Positions 53,397 to 64,000 of a stretch of DNA of 64,000 nucleotides are shown here, piece after piece. The notes beneath the pieces are model-generated. The model saw only the letters and a list, made by a program, of their open reading frames with translations. It did not search any database and was not told the DNA's origin. The position numbers and the translations under genes were made by a program. The stretch's first letter is position 1. Each line of letters opens with the position of its first letter. Source of the stretch: a virus; IMG/VR virus record IMGVR_UViG_3300028394_000044, positions 98,300 through 162,299 of that record; one strand, written 5' to 3'.

Positions 53397-54463
53397 TGCA
53401 AGAAGATTTCGCAGGTAAAAACGGTTTTGTTTGGTTCACGGGCGTAATAATGGCAAGAGATGATTCGGCAAAAGTCGGACGCTTACGTGTACGTATTTTA
53501 GGTTGGCATGATTCGGACGCTAAAATTGAAGATTTGCCTTTAGCTGAAGTATTGCTTCCAGTTAATGCATCTAGAACATTTTCTCTTCCTGCTGAAGGTG
53601 AATGGGTCCACGGTTTCTTCAAGGACGGAGAAAAAGGACAATATCCTGTGATTATGGGTGTTTATCCGGGTATTATTCCATCATCAGAAGTTACATATGT
53701 TGATAAAGGTTATCAAGACTGTAGAGCACCAAAAGACAAACTGAACGATCCAAAAACTCCTGTGGGTGTAGTTACTACGGAAGCTGGAAAACCAAACATT
53801 CCATTCTTATCCCAAGAAAGTATTTCACAAACTGGCATTGACATAATGAATTCTATTCGTTCACATAAATGTCCAGATTCAGATTACGTCAGAAGAAGTA
53901 TGGGTTATGCTAAAGGATTAACTTTACAGATTGCAACAGCAATTAGAACAGGCATTCAAGCATTATTGAAAGCTCTTGGTATTGCACCAGCAGCCGGAGG
54001 TATGGCTGCAATGATTAAAAGTTTAGCTCAACAAATTAAGAAAATTACAAAATTTATTAAAGATATTAATGATGCTATTGGTGTTTTTGTTACGTATGTT
54101 GCTAAAATTAAAGCTGTCATACAGTTTCTGTTAAATTTGCCTAAAGACCTTTTGGCGATGTTAAAAGATTGTTTGAAAAAAGCATATGCAGAATTGGCCG
54201 CAGGATTTATGGAAATTGCAAAAGATTTTAATTTGGATGGTGTTATAGATAATACTTCCGAAATCGTTAATAATGCAAAAAATGCACTTAATGATGTTAA
54301 AGCATTAGCAGTTGAAACAGGAAATTTATTGACTTCTCCCGGTAAAGTTTTAAATGCTGTTGCGAATCCCTCCAAATTAACTGAAACACAAGCTGCAACA
54401 CTTGTACAGGATTTTTTTCCTGGTGCTAAAAAATATGATCCTAAAGATTCAGAAAGACCTTAA
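53396..54463 (+). CDS. 5: gp5 N-terminal OB-fold part with helical extension
   Basis: WFTGV..GRLRVRILGWH..VHGFFKDG..PVIMG. Confidence 0.8.
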   Translation: MQEDFAGKNGFVWFTGVIMARDDSAKVGRLRVRILGWHDSDAKIEDLPLAEVLLPVNASRTFSLPAEGEWVHGFFKDGEKGQYPVIMGVYPGIIPSSEVTYVDKGYQDCRAPKDKLNDPKTPVGVVTTEAGKPNIPFLSQESISQTGIDIMNSIRSHKCPDSDYVRRSMGYAKGLTLQIATAIRTGIQALLKALGIAPAAGGMAAMIKSLAQQIKKITKFIKDINDAIGVFVTYVAKIKAVIQFLLNLPKDLLAMLKDCLKKAYAELAAGFMEIAKDFNLDGVIDNTSEIVNNAKNALNDVKALAVETGNLLTSPGKVLNAVANPSKLTETQAATLVQDFFPGAKKYDPKDSERP

Positions 54464-54465
54464 TT

Positions 54466-55278
54466 ATGGCTAAAGTAGAAGTTCCTAGCGATGCAATGTG
54501 GATAGAACCGGAATCGGACTATAAAGCACAGTATCCTTATAATCAAGTTATGCAATCGGAATCCGGACATTTTCTGGAATTCGATGATACACTAGATGCT
54601 GAAAGAGTTAGATTACAGCATAGAACCGGTACATTCACCGAATTACAATCTGATGGTTCTCGCATCAACAAGATTATGGGTGATAATTATGAAATTGTTG
54701 CAAAAGACAATAATGTAATTATAAGTGGTCAATGTAATATAACGGTTCAAGGCAATTCATATCTAACTGTAAATGGTGATTGTGTACAAAGAATTAGTGG
54801 AGACTTTTTACAAGAAGTTGAAGGTAATTATCAACAAGTTGTAAAAGGTGACATTTCAATTAGTGGAGCAAATGATATTGATATTAATGCTGGCTCAACA
54901 TTAGGTTCAGTAAATATTACTGCACCAATGGTAATTCAACTTAACAGTGATGTAGAAATTGATGGTGGTGTAGCCGCAGAATCTGTTTTATCTAGAGGTG
55001 AAGTTACTGCTGGTACAGGCATTCATGCTGGTCTTTTGGGTTCAGTTAATCCTATGGCAGGTATTTCTACTCTTGGTGGTGTTTCTGCTGGATTTCCCGC
55101 TGCAACTGCCCCAGGTATAATTACTGGTCTTGTTTTAGCACAAGCGCCATTAGTGCAAGGCATTGTTGTCCAAGATATTTTGGGATCAATGATGATGATG
55201 AGATTGCAGTATGACTTACATACTCACATACACGTTGGCCTTTTTGGTATCACTTCCATGCCATTGATTTTGATGTAA
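54466..55278 (+). CDS. 5: gp5 C-terminal beta-helix spike part
   Basis: YPYNQV..ESGHFLEFDDT..ERV..HRTGT, VxG repeats and terminal HTH. Confidence 0.8.
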   Translation: MAKVEVPSDAMWIEPESDYKAQYPYNQVMQSESGHFLEFDDTLDAERVRLQHRTGTFTELQSDGSRINKIMGDNYEIVAKDNNVIISGQCNITVQGNSYLTVNGDCVQRISGDFLQEVEGNYQQVVKGDISISGANDIDINAGSTLGSVNITAPMVIQLNSDVEIDGGVAAESVLSRGEVTAGTGIHAGLLGSVNPMAGISTLGGVSAGFPAATAPGIITGLVLAQAPLVQGIVVQDILGSMMMMRLQYDLHTHIHVGLFGITSMPLILM

Positions 55279-55310
55279 ATAAATATGACAATATACATGG
55301 AGCTTATATT

Positions 55311-56249
55311 ATGACACAAAACGTTTTTAGTAGATTACAATACAGTTTTGACACCACAAAATTTGGTGATGCGGTAAACTTAAATCCTAAGGTTCTCAAA
55401 TTTCTAGAACAAGCTGCTATGCCTGTTCCAGAATGGCAGGCTAAAGATTTAAATGATAATGTTATTGCACCTAGCCGATATTATAAAAATCCTGCGGCTA
55501 ATATAGTGACTTCTCTCATCTCTAACGCTTCTAGTATTTCAGGAAGCACTAGCTCACCAAATGTATTTACCTATGCTTCCACTGAAGCTGCACAATTGAG
55601 TGCTGCGGTTGGAGGGTTTATTATTGAATTGGGCCATTTTAGAAGACACACAGATAATATGTCAGGTCTTGGAATTATGGGCACAGATGCTAATATTCCA
55701 AGTTTAGATATTGCAACTGCGGTAGGCAATAAAGTGTTGGAAGTGGTGTACAAAACAGATTATGCTGTACCACCAACACAAGTAGCTACATCAGGTACAA
55801 TTTTTGACCCAGCTAACAACGTAATAACGACAGCAAATACTCCGAAACCAAATGCAACAGCCATGTTAGGATCTTTTACCAGTTTATATGTTGTTCCAGA
55901 TTTAACTTATTACGATTCAATCATTACACCAAGCGCATATGCAATAGCAAATTCTTTAACATATGTTTCTGGTGGCGAAGGTTTTCCTGATTATTATGTT
56001 TCAAACGTTGCATTGAGTTTTGTAACTTCTGCATTGAGTGCAGTAACTGCGGCAAATACTTTGATTGCAACCCGAAGAACTCACGATTGGAATTTTTTCA
56101 AAAAATCTAAAAAGCTAATTGAAGATAATAACTATCTTGGAAGATTTAATGCTATGGGTAATACACAAAAATCTCTAGTTAACACACTAATTGGTACCGA
56201 CCTATTGAAGAATAATTTAGCTAATGTGGCAAACTCTACTTCTGGGTAA
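55311..56249 (+). CDS. Hypothetical virion protein
   Basis: Within the baseplate module; late-like AATAAATA upstream. Confidence 0.6.
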   Translation: MTQNVFSRLQYSFDTTKFGDAVNLNPKVLKFLEQAAMPVPEWQAKDLNDNVIAPSRYYKNPAANIVTSLISNASSISGSTSSPNVFTYASTEAAQLSAAVGGFIIELGHFRRHTDNMSGLGIMGTDANIPSLDIATAVGNKVLEVVYKTDYAVPPTQVATSGTIFDPANNVITTANTPKPNATAMLGSFTSLYVVPDLTYYDSIITPSAYAIANSLTYVSGGEGFPDYYVSNVALSFVTSALSAVTAANTLIATRRTHDWNFFKKSKKLIEDNNYLGRFNAMGNTQKSLVNTLIGTDLLKNNLANVANSTSG

Positions 56250-56260
56250 ATAAATAAACA

Positions 56261-56665
56261 ATGGCAACAGTAATAGCAAATCTACAAAGAAGATATACGG
56301 ACCTCGACTTGAATTTTATGCCACATCCAGTAAAAAAAGATGTGAATAAAGTTGTTGATGAGATGGCAGTAATCAATTCAGTCAAAAACCTGATTTTGAC
56401 GAACCACTATGAGCGACTGTTCCATCCTGAAATTGGCTCAAATGTACAAAAGTTATTGTTCGATAACATGGATAGCATAACTTCCGCAACTTTGGAACGT
56501 GAAATAACTGATGTTATTCGAAATTTTGAACCTAGAATTTCTGTAGACTACATTAATATTTCACCAGATTTTGATGATAATACATATCAAATTTCCATGC
56601 AGTTCAGAATATTGAATAAAACTGAACCAGTATCAATTAAATTTTTCTTAAATCGAGCAAGATAA
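56261..56665 (+). CDS. 25: Baseplate wedge gp25
   Basis: YTDLDL..ERLFHPEIGS..FEPRI. Confidence 0.92.
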   Translation: MATVIANLQRRYTDLDLNFMPHPVKKDVNKVVDEMAVINSVKNLILTNHYERLFHPEIGSNVQKLLFDNMDSITSATLEREITDVIRNFEPRISVDYINISPDFDDNTYQISMQFRILNKTEPVSIKFFLNRAR

Positions 56666-56666
56666 T

Positions 56667-58712
56667 ATGGCTAACCGTTTAAATGTAACCGAATTGGATT
56701 TTGATGCAATCAAAACCAACCTAAAGGACTTTTTGAGACAACAAACGGAGTTTCAAGATTATGATTTTGAAGGTTCTGGCATGAATATCCTGATGGATGT
56801 TCTCGCATACAACACTCATTACAATGCATATTACTTGAACATGGTTGCGAATGAATCGTTTTTAGAATCCGCATCTCTACGAAACTCAGTAGTTTCTCAT
56901 GCAAAATCTTTAGGATATACTCCCAGATCAGTTACTGCTCCACAAGCAGTGGTGAATTTAACTGTTCTTACAGGAAATTCTAATTCCGAAACATTGACAC
57001 TTCCAAAAGGATTTATTTTTGTTTGTGAGCAAATTAATAATCGTGCATACACCTTTGTGAATTTAGAATCTTACACCGTAAGTAAAGTTGGAACAAATTT
57101 TACATTTAATGGTGTAAAGATTTATGAGGGTAAATCATTAACATACACATACACACATAGTACAGCATCTAATCCTAAACAAATCTTTACTATTCCAGAT
57201 GCATTCATTGATACCACAACTTTAGTAGTTACTGTAAAAAGTTCTTCTGGTTCCACAGATACCGCAGTTTATTCCAAAAGTGGAACAGACCTTACAATAA
57301 ATTCTTTATCTGAAATTTATTTCCTACAAGAAGGTATTGCCGGAAATTATCAAATTTATTTTGGTGATGGAGTTTTAGGTAAAAAATTACCTGATGGTGC
57401 TATTGTAACTGTTTCTTATTTGGTCACAGGTTATACCCAAGCTAATGGAGCGAGCCAATTTAGAATCAATTCTGCTATTGGAGGATATACTAATATTACA
57501 GTATCCACAGTTTCATCCGCATCTAGAGGCGCTGATAGAGAATCTATTGATGAGATTAAGTTTGGTGCACCATTGAATTTGCTTTCTCAAAATCGTGCAG
57601 TTACAAAAAATGATTATATTCGTCTTATTCAACAAAAGTATCCTTCATTTCAAGCTGTAAACGTTTGGGGCGGAGAAGAAAATGATCCACCAGTTTATGG
57701 CAAAGTATATATCTCTGCAAAACCAAGATTAGGATTTGAAGTTAGTGATACAGAAAAAGAATATGTAAAGACCAATATTTTAAAACCTATTAGTATGTTG
57801 ACTGTATCTCCTGAAATTGTAGATGTTGACTATAATTATTTAAAAATTTCATCTAGTGTTTTTTATGATAAAGCTAAAACAACTTTGGCTGATGCAGAAT
57901 TGAAAGCAAATATACGAACAGTAATTGCAAACTATTGTGACACCAATCTAAATCAATTTAATAGTTACTTTAAATATTCTGGACTTGAAACTGCAATCGA
58001 TTCGTACAGTAGAGGTATTATCTCAAATGAAATTTCTTTATTTGTTGGTAAAAAATTTAGGCCATCGCTAAATGTTTCTGACAACTATACATTAGATTTT
58101 GGATTTGAACTTGTTCGCGGAACAACTAATGATAATTTCTATTCATCACCCACATTTAGAGTTCCGGGTGCAGGAACAAAAGAATGTAATTTTGAAGAAA
58201 TACCATCTTCATTCACTGGTGTAGAAAGTATCACTGTGTTAACTGGTGGATATGGTTATAAGAGTACTCCGACTGTATTAATAAATGGAGATGGAACTGG
58301 TGCTACAGCAAATGCGGTGATTGTTAATGGAAAATTATCCGAAATTATTGTAACGAATCCCGGATTCGGTTATACTTCAGCATCTATATCGATTGTCAAA
58401 GTATCAACAGATACTGGCGTTGGTGCTACGGCTGAAGCAGTTCTTCAGGGTCGTTATGGCAAATTGAGAATTGCATATTATGATGATAACAGTACAAAAG
58501 TCATTATCAATTCCGATATTGGAGTTATTGATTATAAGTTAGGAAAAATTACACTGACAAAATTCCAACCAACCTTTATCAATAATGATTTTGGTGATAT
58601 CACTTTACACATGAAACCCACAATAAATATTATCCAATCAAAATTGAATAAAATGTTGGTCCTTGATGCTAATGATCCTACTAGTATTATTGTTAAAACT
58701 ACACAAATATAA
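56667..58712 (+). CDS. 6: Baseplate wedge gp6
   Basis: LDFDAIK..DYDFEGS..QNRAVTKNDY..WGGEE. Confidence 0.95.
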   Translation: MANRLNVTELDFDAIKTNLKDFLRQQTEFQDYDFEGSGMNILMDVLAYNTHYNAYYLNMVANESFLESASLRNSVVSHAKSLGYTPRSVTAPQAVVNLTVLTGNSNSETLTLPKGFIFVCEQINNRAYTFVNLESYTVSKVGTNFTFNGVKIYEGKSLTYTYTHSTASNPKQIFTIPDAFIDTTTLVVTVKSSSGSTDTAVYSKSGTDLTINSLSEIYFLQEGIAGNYQIYFGDGVLGKKLPDGAIVTVSYLVTGYTQANGASQFRINSAIGGYTNITVSTVSSASRGADRESIDEIKFGAPLNLLSQNRAVTKNDYIRLIQQKYPSFQAVNVWGGEENDPPVYGKVYISAKPRLGFEVSDTEKEYVKTNILKPISMLTVSPEIVDVDYNYLKISSSVFYDKAKTTLADAELKANIRTVIANYCDTNLNQFNSYFKYSGLETAIDSYSRGIISNEISLFVGKKFRPSLNVSDNYTLDFGFELVRGTTNDNFYSSPTFRVPGAGTKECNFEEIPSSFTGVESITVLTGGYGYKSTPTVLINGDGTGATANAVIVNGKLSEIIVTNPGFGYTSASISIVKVSTDTGVGATAEAVLQGRYGKLRIAYYDDNSTKVIINSDIGVIDYKLGKITLTKFQPTFINNDFGDITLHMKPTINIIQSKLNKMLVLDANDPTSIIVKTTQI

Positions 58713-61504
58713 TGGAAAAAGTTTTAAATTCCAGTCTAATACGAAATCAAGTTCCTGATTTTGTACGTAGCGAATATCCAAAATTTGTAACATTCTTAGA
58801 GAAATATTATGAATGGTTGGAAACCACAGATATGGTTTCTGACGGGTTGTATCAAATTAAAAATTCTTATGATATTGACAATGCGGACGAATATTACTTA
58901 GAACAACTCAAACGACAATTACTGCCATATTTTCCAAATGAAATCGTAGCAGACAAAAGATTATTTCTAAAATTAGTTGCTGAGTTTTATCGCACCAATG
59001 GCACCCAACAGTCAATTAAATTTTTATTCAAAGCACTTTTTAATGAAAATATTGACATTTATTATCCCAAAGATGATATCTTAAAAACTTCCGATGGCAA
59101 ATGGGTTCTGCCTCTTGCACTAAGAATTGATACGGCAGACTCAAATATTATGAATATTGAGAAAACTCTATTAACGGGTCAAACTTCAAAAGCTACAGCG
59201 GTGGTTGAAAAAGTTTTACGTTCAGTTGACCGTCAATTGGGTATCACGTACACAGAAGTTTATATTTCAAATATTACCAGATTGTTTACTACGGGCGAAA
59301 CGGTCACTGCAACTTATAATAATGGAACAAATAATGTAACAGTTTCTGGTCGTTTAGTTGGCGCTTTATCAGAAATTAAAATTGATTCTTCTAATAGAGG
59401 TTTATATTACAATGGTTATGATACAACAACTGGTTATTCTGGCGATCCATTAACTATAGTTGGAGGTTTAAATCCTCTTGCTAACAATCCAATCGGCGCT
59501 ATAGCATATGTTGGACAAACAACAACTGGTGGCATTACAGACATTGCGGTCGATAATGGTGGGTTTGGTTTTAGAAAACAAGACGTTTCACCAAATAGTG
59601 TAATTTTAGATTTTACTGGTGGTTTTGAAGGTGCAGCCTTTGGAACAGAAGCTAAAGCTGAATTGTTATTGCTTGATGAAAATACACCCAGAACAATTAA
59701 TGTGTCTAATCTATCAATTGCAACATTAAATACTCTATATGCAAATATCGCAGTTGTAGAAAATAATGTAATTCGTACAATTTCAACAAGCACTTCATTT
59801 AATGTTTATCCAATGGCATTTGTAACTCTAACCGGTTCTGGTGGTGGTTATAGAAATAAACCCATATTAAATGCTTATAGCTTATACAATGAGAATAAGG
59901 ATGATACTCTAGTTTCTTCATCCGTAAACATTGTTAAAAACACCAGGATAATAACAGATAATACAATAAATTTTGGCTACTTTTTCCAAAACGGAGATTA
60001 TGTCAGATTGTTTCTAAACAACCGATATGAACAAATTTTGGTAATTGAAGATGTGTCAACGAACACTCTTAGATTTGCTGATTTATTTCCCAATGACATT
60101 TCCGGTGTTTCTATCTATAAATTAAATCGTAATGATTTATATAATATTGGATCTATTGGCAGAATAAATGTTATCAATGGTGGTAATGGATATGCATTGA
60201 ATGATATTATCATATTCCAAGGTGGTTCTGGTTATGGAGCTAACGCGGTTGTGTCTCAGTTATATACAGGAAATAATGGAATTAAAAAAGTCACAGTAAA
60301 TAATCATTCGTCTGGTGCATATATTATTGGTGGTGAAGGATATATGAGAGATTCTTTGCCTACACTAAGTGTACAATCGGTTTCTGGTGCAAATGCTTCT
60401 TTGATAGTGAGTGAAGTTACTGGTGACGGCGAGCAGTTCAGTTTAGACACCTCAAGAATTGGTGCAATTTCTAGTATAAGAGTTTTTAGTTATGGTTATG
60501 ATTATGTTTCGTCTCCTACTATTTCTTTACGTAATGCTGATATTATATTGAGTAATGTTACTACGGGACAACTTTTTGTTTCAAACACTGTAATATATCA
60601 AGGATCATCAAACGTATCAACAACATTTAAAGCAACAGTTGATGCATTTAATCCTGCAACTGGTTTGTTAAGAGTATTTAATTATAGAGGGACAGTTACT
60701 ATTGGACAATCATTAAAATCAGATGATAATTCTATATCTTCAATTGTAAATTCAGTAACATATTATGGTGATGGTCGTGCTAAAGCTACCGCGAAATTTG
60801 AGAATGGATTGATTCGTTATCCTGGAATTTATTTAAATACTGACGGACAAATTAGTGCAGACAAAAAACTTCAAGACGGTGAAAAATATCACAACTTCTC
60901 TTACATTATTAAAACAAAAACTGACTATGTTAAGTTCAAGAAGCCATTGAATGATATTTCGCACCCTATAGGTACAAAGAGTTTTATTACCAGAATTGAT
61001 GACAATCGAGAAAATATAAATTTCATCAACAGTCTGATTGATACAAGCAGTCTATTCCCATTGAATTACACATACAGTATAGCAAATGGTGCTAATACAA
61101 TTTATACCTCCAATGTTTCTGCTAATCTTGCAGCCTCAGTTAATGTTGCAGATTTCGTTATTGTTTATGGTGTTAATAAACGCCTTGCAAATACTGTAAA
61201 TGTAGTTTCTGGGTCAAATGTCTTGTTTGGTTCTTCAAATAGCGTCAACTTTATTAATGACCTGTTGGAAGGTGATACGATCTATCTTTCAACAGGAAAT
61301 ACAGTTTCAATTAAAGAAGTCAGTAATTCTTACTATGCAGTCTTAAACACGACAATAAATGTAACTTCAACTTCAGCAACCATAAATGTTGTATATGACT
61401 TGATTAAAAAAGTTGTTTCAGTAAATGCTAATACAATTATTGTAGATACTAATTTTAAACAAAATGGTAGTTCTTTATTGGCAACCGTTCAAAAAAGTAG
61501 ATAA
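58712..61504 (+). CDS. 7: Baseplate wedge gp7-like
   Basis: QVPDFV..FLEKYYE, SDGKW, YHNFSY..HPIG; synteny 6-7-8. Confidence 0.8.
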   Translation: MEKVLNSSLIRNQVPDFVRSEYPKFVTFLEKYYEWLETTDMVSDGLYQIKNSYDIDNADEYYLEQLKRQLLPYFPNEIVADKRLFLKLVAEFYRTNGTQQSIKFLFKALFNENIDIYYPKDDILKTSDGKWVLPLALRIDTADSNIMNIEKTLLTGQTSKATAVVEKVLRSVDRQLGITYTEVYISNITRLFTTGETVTATYNNGTNNVTVSGRLVGALSEIKIDSSNRGLYYNGYDTTTGYSGDPLTIVGGLNPLANNPIGAIAYVGQTTTGGITDIAVDNGGFGFRKQDVSPNSVILDFTGGFEGAAFGTEAKAELLLLDENTPRTINVSNLSIATLNTLYANIAVVENNVIRTISTSTSFNVYPMAFVTLTGSGGGYRNKPILNAYSLYNENKDDTLVSSSVNIVKNTRIITDNTINFGYFFQNGDYVRLFLNNRYEQILVIEDVSTNTLRFADLFPNDISGVSIYKLNRNDLYNIGSIGRINVINGGNGYALNDIIIFQGGSGYGANAVVSQLYTGNNGIKKVTVNNHSSGAYIIGGEGYMRDSLPTLSVQSVSGANASLIVSEVTGDGEQFSLDTSRIGAISSIRVFSYGYDYVSSPTISLRNADIILSNVTTGQLFVSNTVIYQGSSNVSTTFKATVDAFNPATGLLRVFNYRGTVTIGQSLKSDDNSISSIVNSVTYYGDGRAKATAKFENGLIRYPGIYLNTDGQISADKKLQDGEKYHNFSYIIKTKTDYVKFKKPLNDISHPIGTKSFITRIDDNRENINFINSLIDTSSLFPLNYTYSIANGANTIYTSNVSANLAASVNVADFVIVYGVNKRLANTVNVVSGSNVLFGSSNSVNFINDLLEGDTIYLSTGNTVSIKEVSNSYYAVLNTTINVTSTSATINVVYDLIKKVVSVNANTIIVDTNFKQNGSSLLATVQKSR

Positions 61505-61512
61505 ATAGAATT

Positions 61513-62841
61513 ATGTCAGCATTACTTACAAAAAATTTCAAAATCTTGATGGCTAAACAGGTATACGATTTGCTTGATTTAACATCAAATTCTTACTTGC
61601 CAGATGCGAAAAAAACATATATCTATGCTACTATCGGCAAACCTCTTCCATGGAACTCCGGTGCTGAAATTCCTCCTACTCCAAAAGAAGATGATGGAGC
61701 TATAAATGAATATTATAGAAGAGGAATTTACGCCAAACAGTTATCTTTGGAGAATGCATCACTTGTTGTTCCAAGAATAAATTGGGTAGCAAATACTGTA
61801 TACTCCACATATCTTTCTACAGGAAACTTTTATGTTCTAAACAAGAGTGACCAAGTTTTTAAATGTTTATCTAACGTTTCTTCAAATGTTGCATCCACTG
61901 TAGAACCAACATTGACATTATCCACAACTTCACTAGAAGAGCCATACATTCTAACTTCCGATAATTATAAGTGGAAGTATATGAACACACTAACTTCACT
62001 ACAAAAACAAAAATTTCTGAGTGATGAATGGATGCCGGTAACTTACAATAAATTTGTTCGTGCTGCTGCGGTTGGTGGTTCGATTGATATTGTTAAAATT
62101 ACCAACGCGGGTAATAACTATACTAATGGAACAGTACAAAGTATTATTTCAGTTACTGGTGACGGTACCGGAGCTATTTTAAAAGCTAACGTTTCTAGTG
62201 GGCATATACAAGACATAATTATTCAAAATAGAGGTTTCGATTATACATATGCTAATGTTGCATTTACTGATGTAACTGGTGGTGTTGGCACAGGTGCAAC
62301 CGCTACAATTTCAATTGCTCCACATGATGGACATGGTTATGATCCAGTCTATGAATTGGGAGCATCAACAATCATTTTTAACGTAGAATTTACTGGTGAT
62401 GAATCTGGTAAATTGCCTACAGAAAATGATTTTAGAGAAATCACACTGTTACAAAATCCTTTCAATCGAGGAACTACTACACTAGCCACAGATACATTTT
62501 ACACAATGTATACACGTATCAAAACTTCTCCTGGTGTAGGTGACTATAATAATGATGAGACCGTTTTTCAAGGCACAACATTTGCAGATGCAACTTTTAC
62601 TGCTGAAGTTATTTCTTTTGATGAAGTACAAAATTATCTGTATCTAAATAACATACGTGGTACCTTACAGAATAATCAAGCGATTAAAGGACTCAACTCA
62701 GGATCAATAAGAGTTGTAAACTCAATCGTTCAACCAACACTGGATCTTTTCTCTGGAAAAATTTTATATGTAGCAGATAAGCTACCAATTGCAAGAGATC
62801 CCTCACAAACGGAAAGAATCCGTTTCATAATGAGTTTCTAA
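61513..62841 (+). CDS. 8: Baseplate wedge gp8
   Basis: VPRINW, VFKCLSN, YKWKYM and GHGYDP. Confidence 0.9.
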   Translation: MSALLTKNFKILMAKQVYDLLDLTSNSYLPDAKKTYIYATIGKPLPWNSGAEIPPTPKEDDGAINEYYRRGIYAKQLSLENASLVVPRINWVANTVYSTYLSTGNFYVLNKSDQVFKCLSNVSSNVASTVEPTLTLSTTSLEEPYILTSDNYKWKYMNTLTSLQKQKFLSDEWMPVTYNKFVRAAAVGGSIDIVKITNAGNNYTNGTVQSIISVTGDGTGAILKANVSSGHIQDIIIQNRGFDYTYANVAFTDVTGGVGTGATATISIAPHDGHGYDPVYELGASTIIFNVEFTGDESGKLPTENDFREITLLQNPFNRGTTTLATDTFYTMYTRIKTSPGVGDYNNDETVFQGTTFADATFTAEVISFDEVQNYLYLNNIRGTLQNNQAIKGLNSGSIRVVNSIVQPTLDLFSGKILYVADKLPIARDPSQTERIRFIMSF

Positions 62842-62852
62842 AAGAGGAATAA

Positions 62853-64000
62853 ATGACAACGCTTTTTAATTACGATCCATATTACGATGACTTTGATGAA
62901 GACAAAAACTTTTTGCGAGTTTTGTTTCGTCCAGGCTATTCGGTCCAAGCTAGAGAACTAACGCAATTACAGACAATTTTCGCTAATCAAGTTCAGAAAT
63001 TTGGTAACAATATTTTTAAGAATGGTAGTCCTGTTCTTGGAGGTAGAGTTTCTTTAGATGACAAAGCAAATTATGTCATTTTAGAGCCACAATATGGAAA
63101 TCAAGATATTTCCGTTACTGACTTCCTCAATCAAATTGTTATTACGTATGATCCTAATAATATTACAGGAAAAGAAGTTGTCGCTAAAGTTATTGCCGTA
63201 GATACAACATCGGGTAATCCAGTACTTGTTTTGAAATATCAAAGTGGTGATAGATTTGCTGAAGGCGAAACATTACAAATTACAGGTAAAAATACATTTG
63301 CGACTGCGGTAGCAACTAATGCAACCGGCGGTTCTTATGTTGCTTACATTCAAGAAGGTGTTTATTATTTCAAAGGACAATTTGTTAAAGTTGTTCCTCA
63401 GTATGGTATCGTTGAACTATTTTATCGTTTAGGTAGTAGCGCCACAATCAATAAACTTCCATCATATAAAATTGGTTTGGAATTTACTGAAAATATTATT
63501 GATGAAATTGACGATACTTCACTATTGGATCCAGCACAAGGCGCATTTAACTATCAAGCTCCAGGCGCAAACCGTTACCAAATTGTACCATCATTAGCAA
63601 CAAGAACACTTGATTCCGCTGATGTTTCTTCGTTCTTTGAAATTGTACGTTTGGTTAATGGTATTCGCACAAAGGAAATTAATTATCCTATTTACAGCGA
63701 AATTGAGACTATGTTGGCTCGCCGTACATATGATGAATCTGGTAACTATACAGTTAATCCATTTATCATAACGTTGGAAGAAGGTGATAGTGCTAATGGA
63801 TTGTTTAATGTTGTTCTTGATCCTGGTAAAGCATACATTAATGGTTATGAATTTGAAACTATTGCTCCAACTACAATTGAATTGAATAGAGGTAGAGAAT
63901 ATTCGGCAGTTTCCGATTATGATCTTCCAACAAACTATGATAGTTCATTGATTTTGGATAGCGTAAGAGGAACTTTGAATATTACAACTTTTCCTAGTTT
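62853..64000 (+). CDS. DUF4815 virion structural protein (runs off the window end)
   Basis: PYYDDFDE..LFRPGYSVQARELTQLQ; GAGG RBS; apparently open to the end. Confidence 0.85.
   Translation, partial: MTTLFNYDPYYDDFDEDKNFLRVLFRPGYSVQARELTQLQTIFANQVQKFGNNIFKNGSPVLGGRVSLDDKANYVILEPQYGNQDISVTDFLNQIVITYDPNNITGKEVVAKVIAVDTTSGNPVLVLKYQSGDRFAEGETLQITGKNTFATAVATNATGGSYVAYIQEGVYYFKGQFVKVVPQYGIVELFYRLGSSATINKLPSYKIGLEFTENIIDEIDDTSLLDPAQGAFNYQAPGANRYQIVPSLATRTLDSADVSSFFEIVRLVNGIRTKEINYPIYSEIETMLARRTYDESGNYTVNPFIITLEEGDSANGLFNVVLDPGKAYINGYEFETIAPTTIELNRGREYSAVSDYDLPTNYDSSLILDSVRGTLNITTFPS

Overview
This AT-rich window is part of a large T4-like myophage genome. The host is probably a freshwater Proteobacterium; the tmRNA tag resembles betaproteobacterial ones, but this is inference. 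Layout: (1) 1-7.2 kb: nucleotide-metabolism and nuclease genes (thermonuclease, nrdB, DexA-like exonuclease, GIY-YIG). (2) 6.2-8.5 kb: possible origin or control region with two tandem DnaA boxes, an IHF site and divergent sigma70 promoters. (3) 8.4-17 kb: small early genes behind repeated promoter cassettes, plus an RNA ligase and a kinase-like gene. (4) 17.3-23.2 kb: 29 tRNAs covering all 20 amino acids, with rrn-like boxA leaders, a leader/trailer complementary stalk and several unexplained structured RNAs. (5) 23.2-26.7 kb: a minus-strand late operon encoding a periplasmic amino-acid binding protein, an atypical DAACS transporter, a T4-holin-like protein and an Asp/Glu racemase. This is the best candidate for an undescribed system. 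(6) 26.8-42.5 kb: rnh, clpP-like, phoH, a plcP-agt lipid-remodelling pair, a circularly permuted tmRNA and envelope proteins. (7) 42.5-45 kb: dsbA-33-59-32. (8) 45-64 kb: baseplate and virion module (51, 26, 54, 2, 4, 48, 53, hub, split 5, 25, 6, 7, 8, DUF4815). All calls come from motif recognition by eye. No searches or folding programs were run, and RNA and site coordinates were counted manually.
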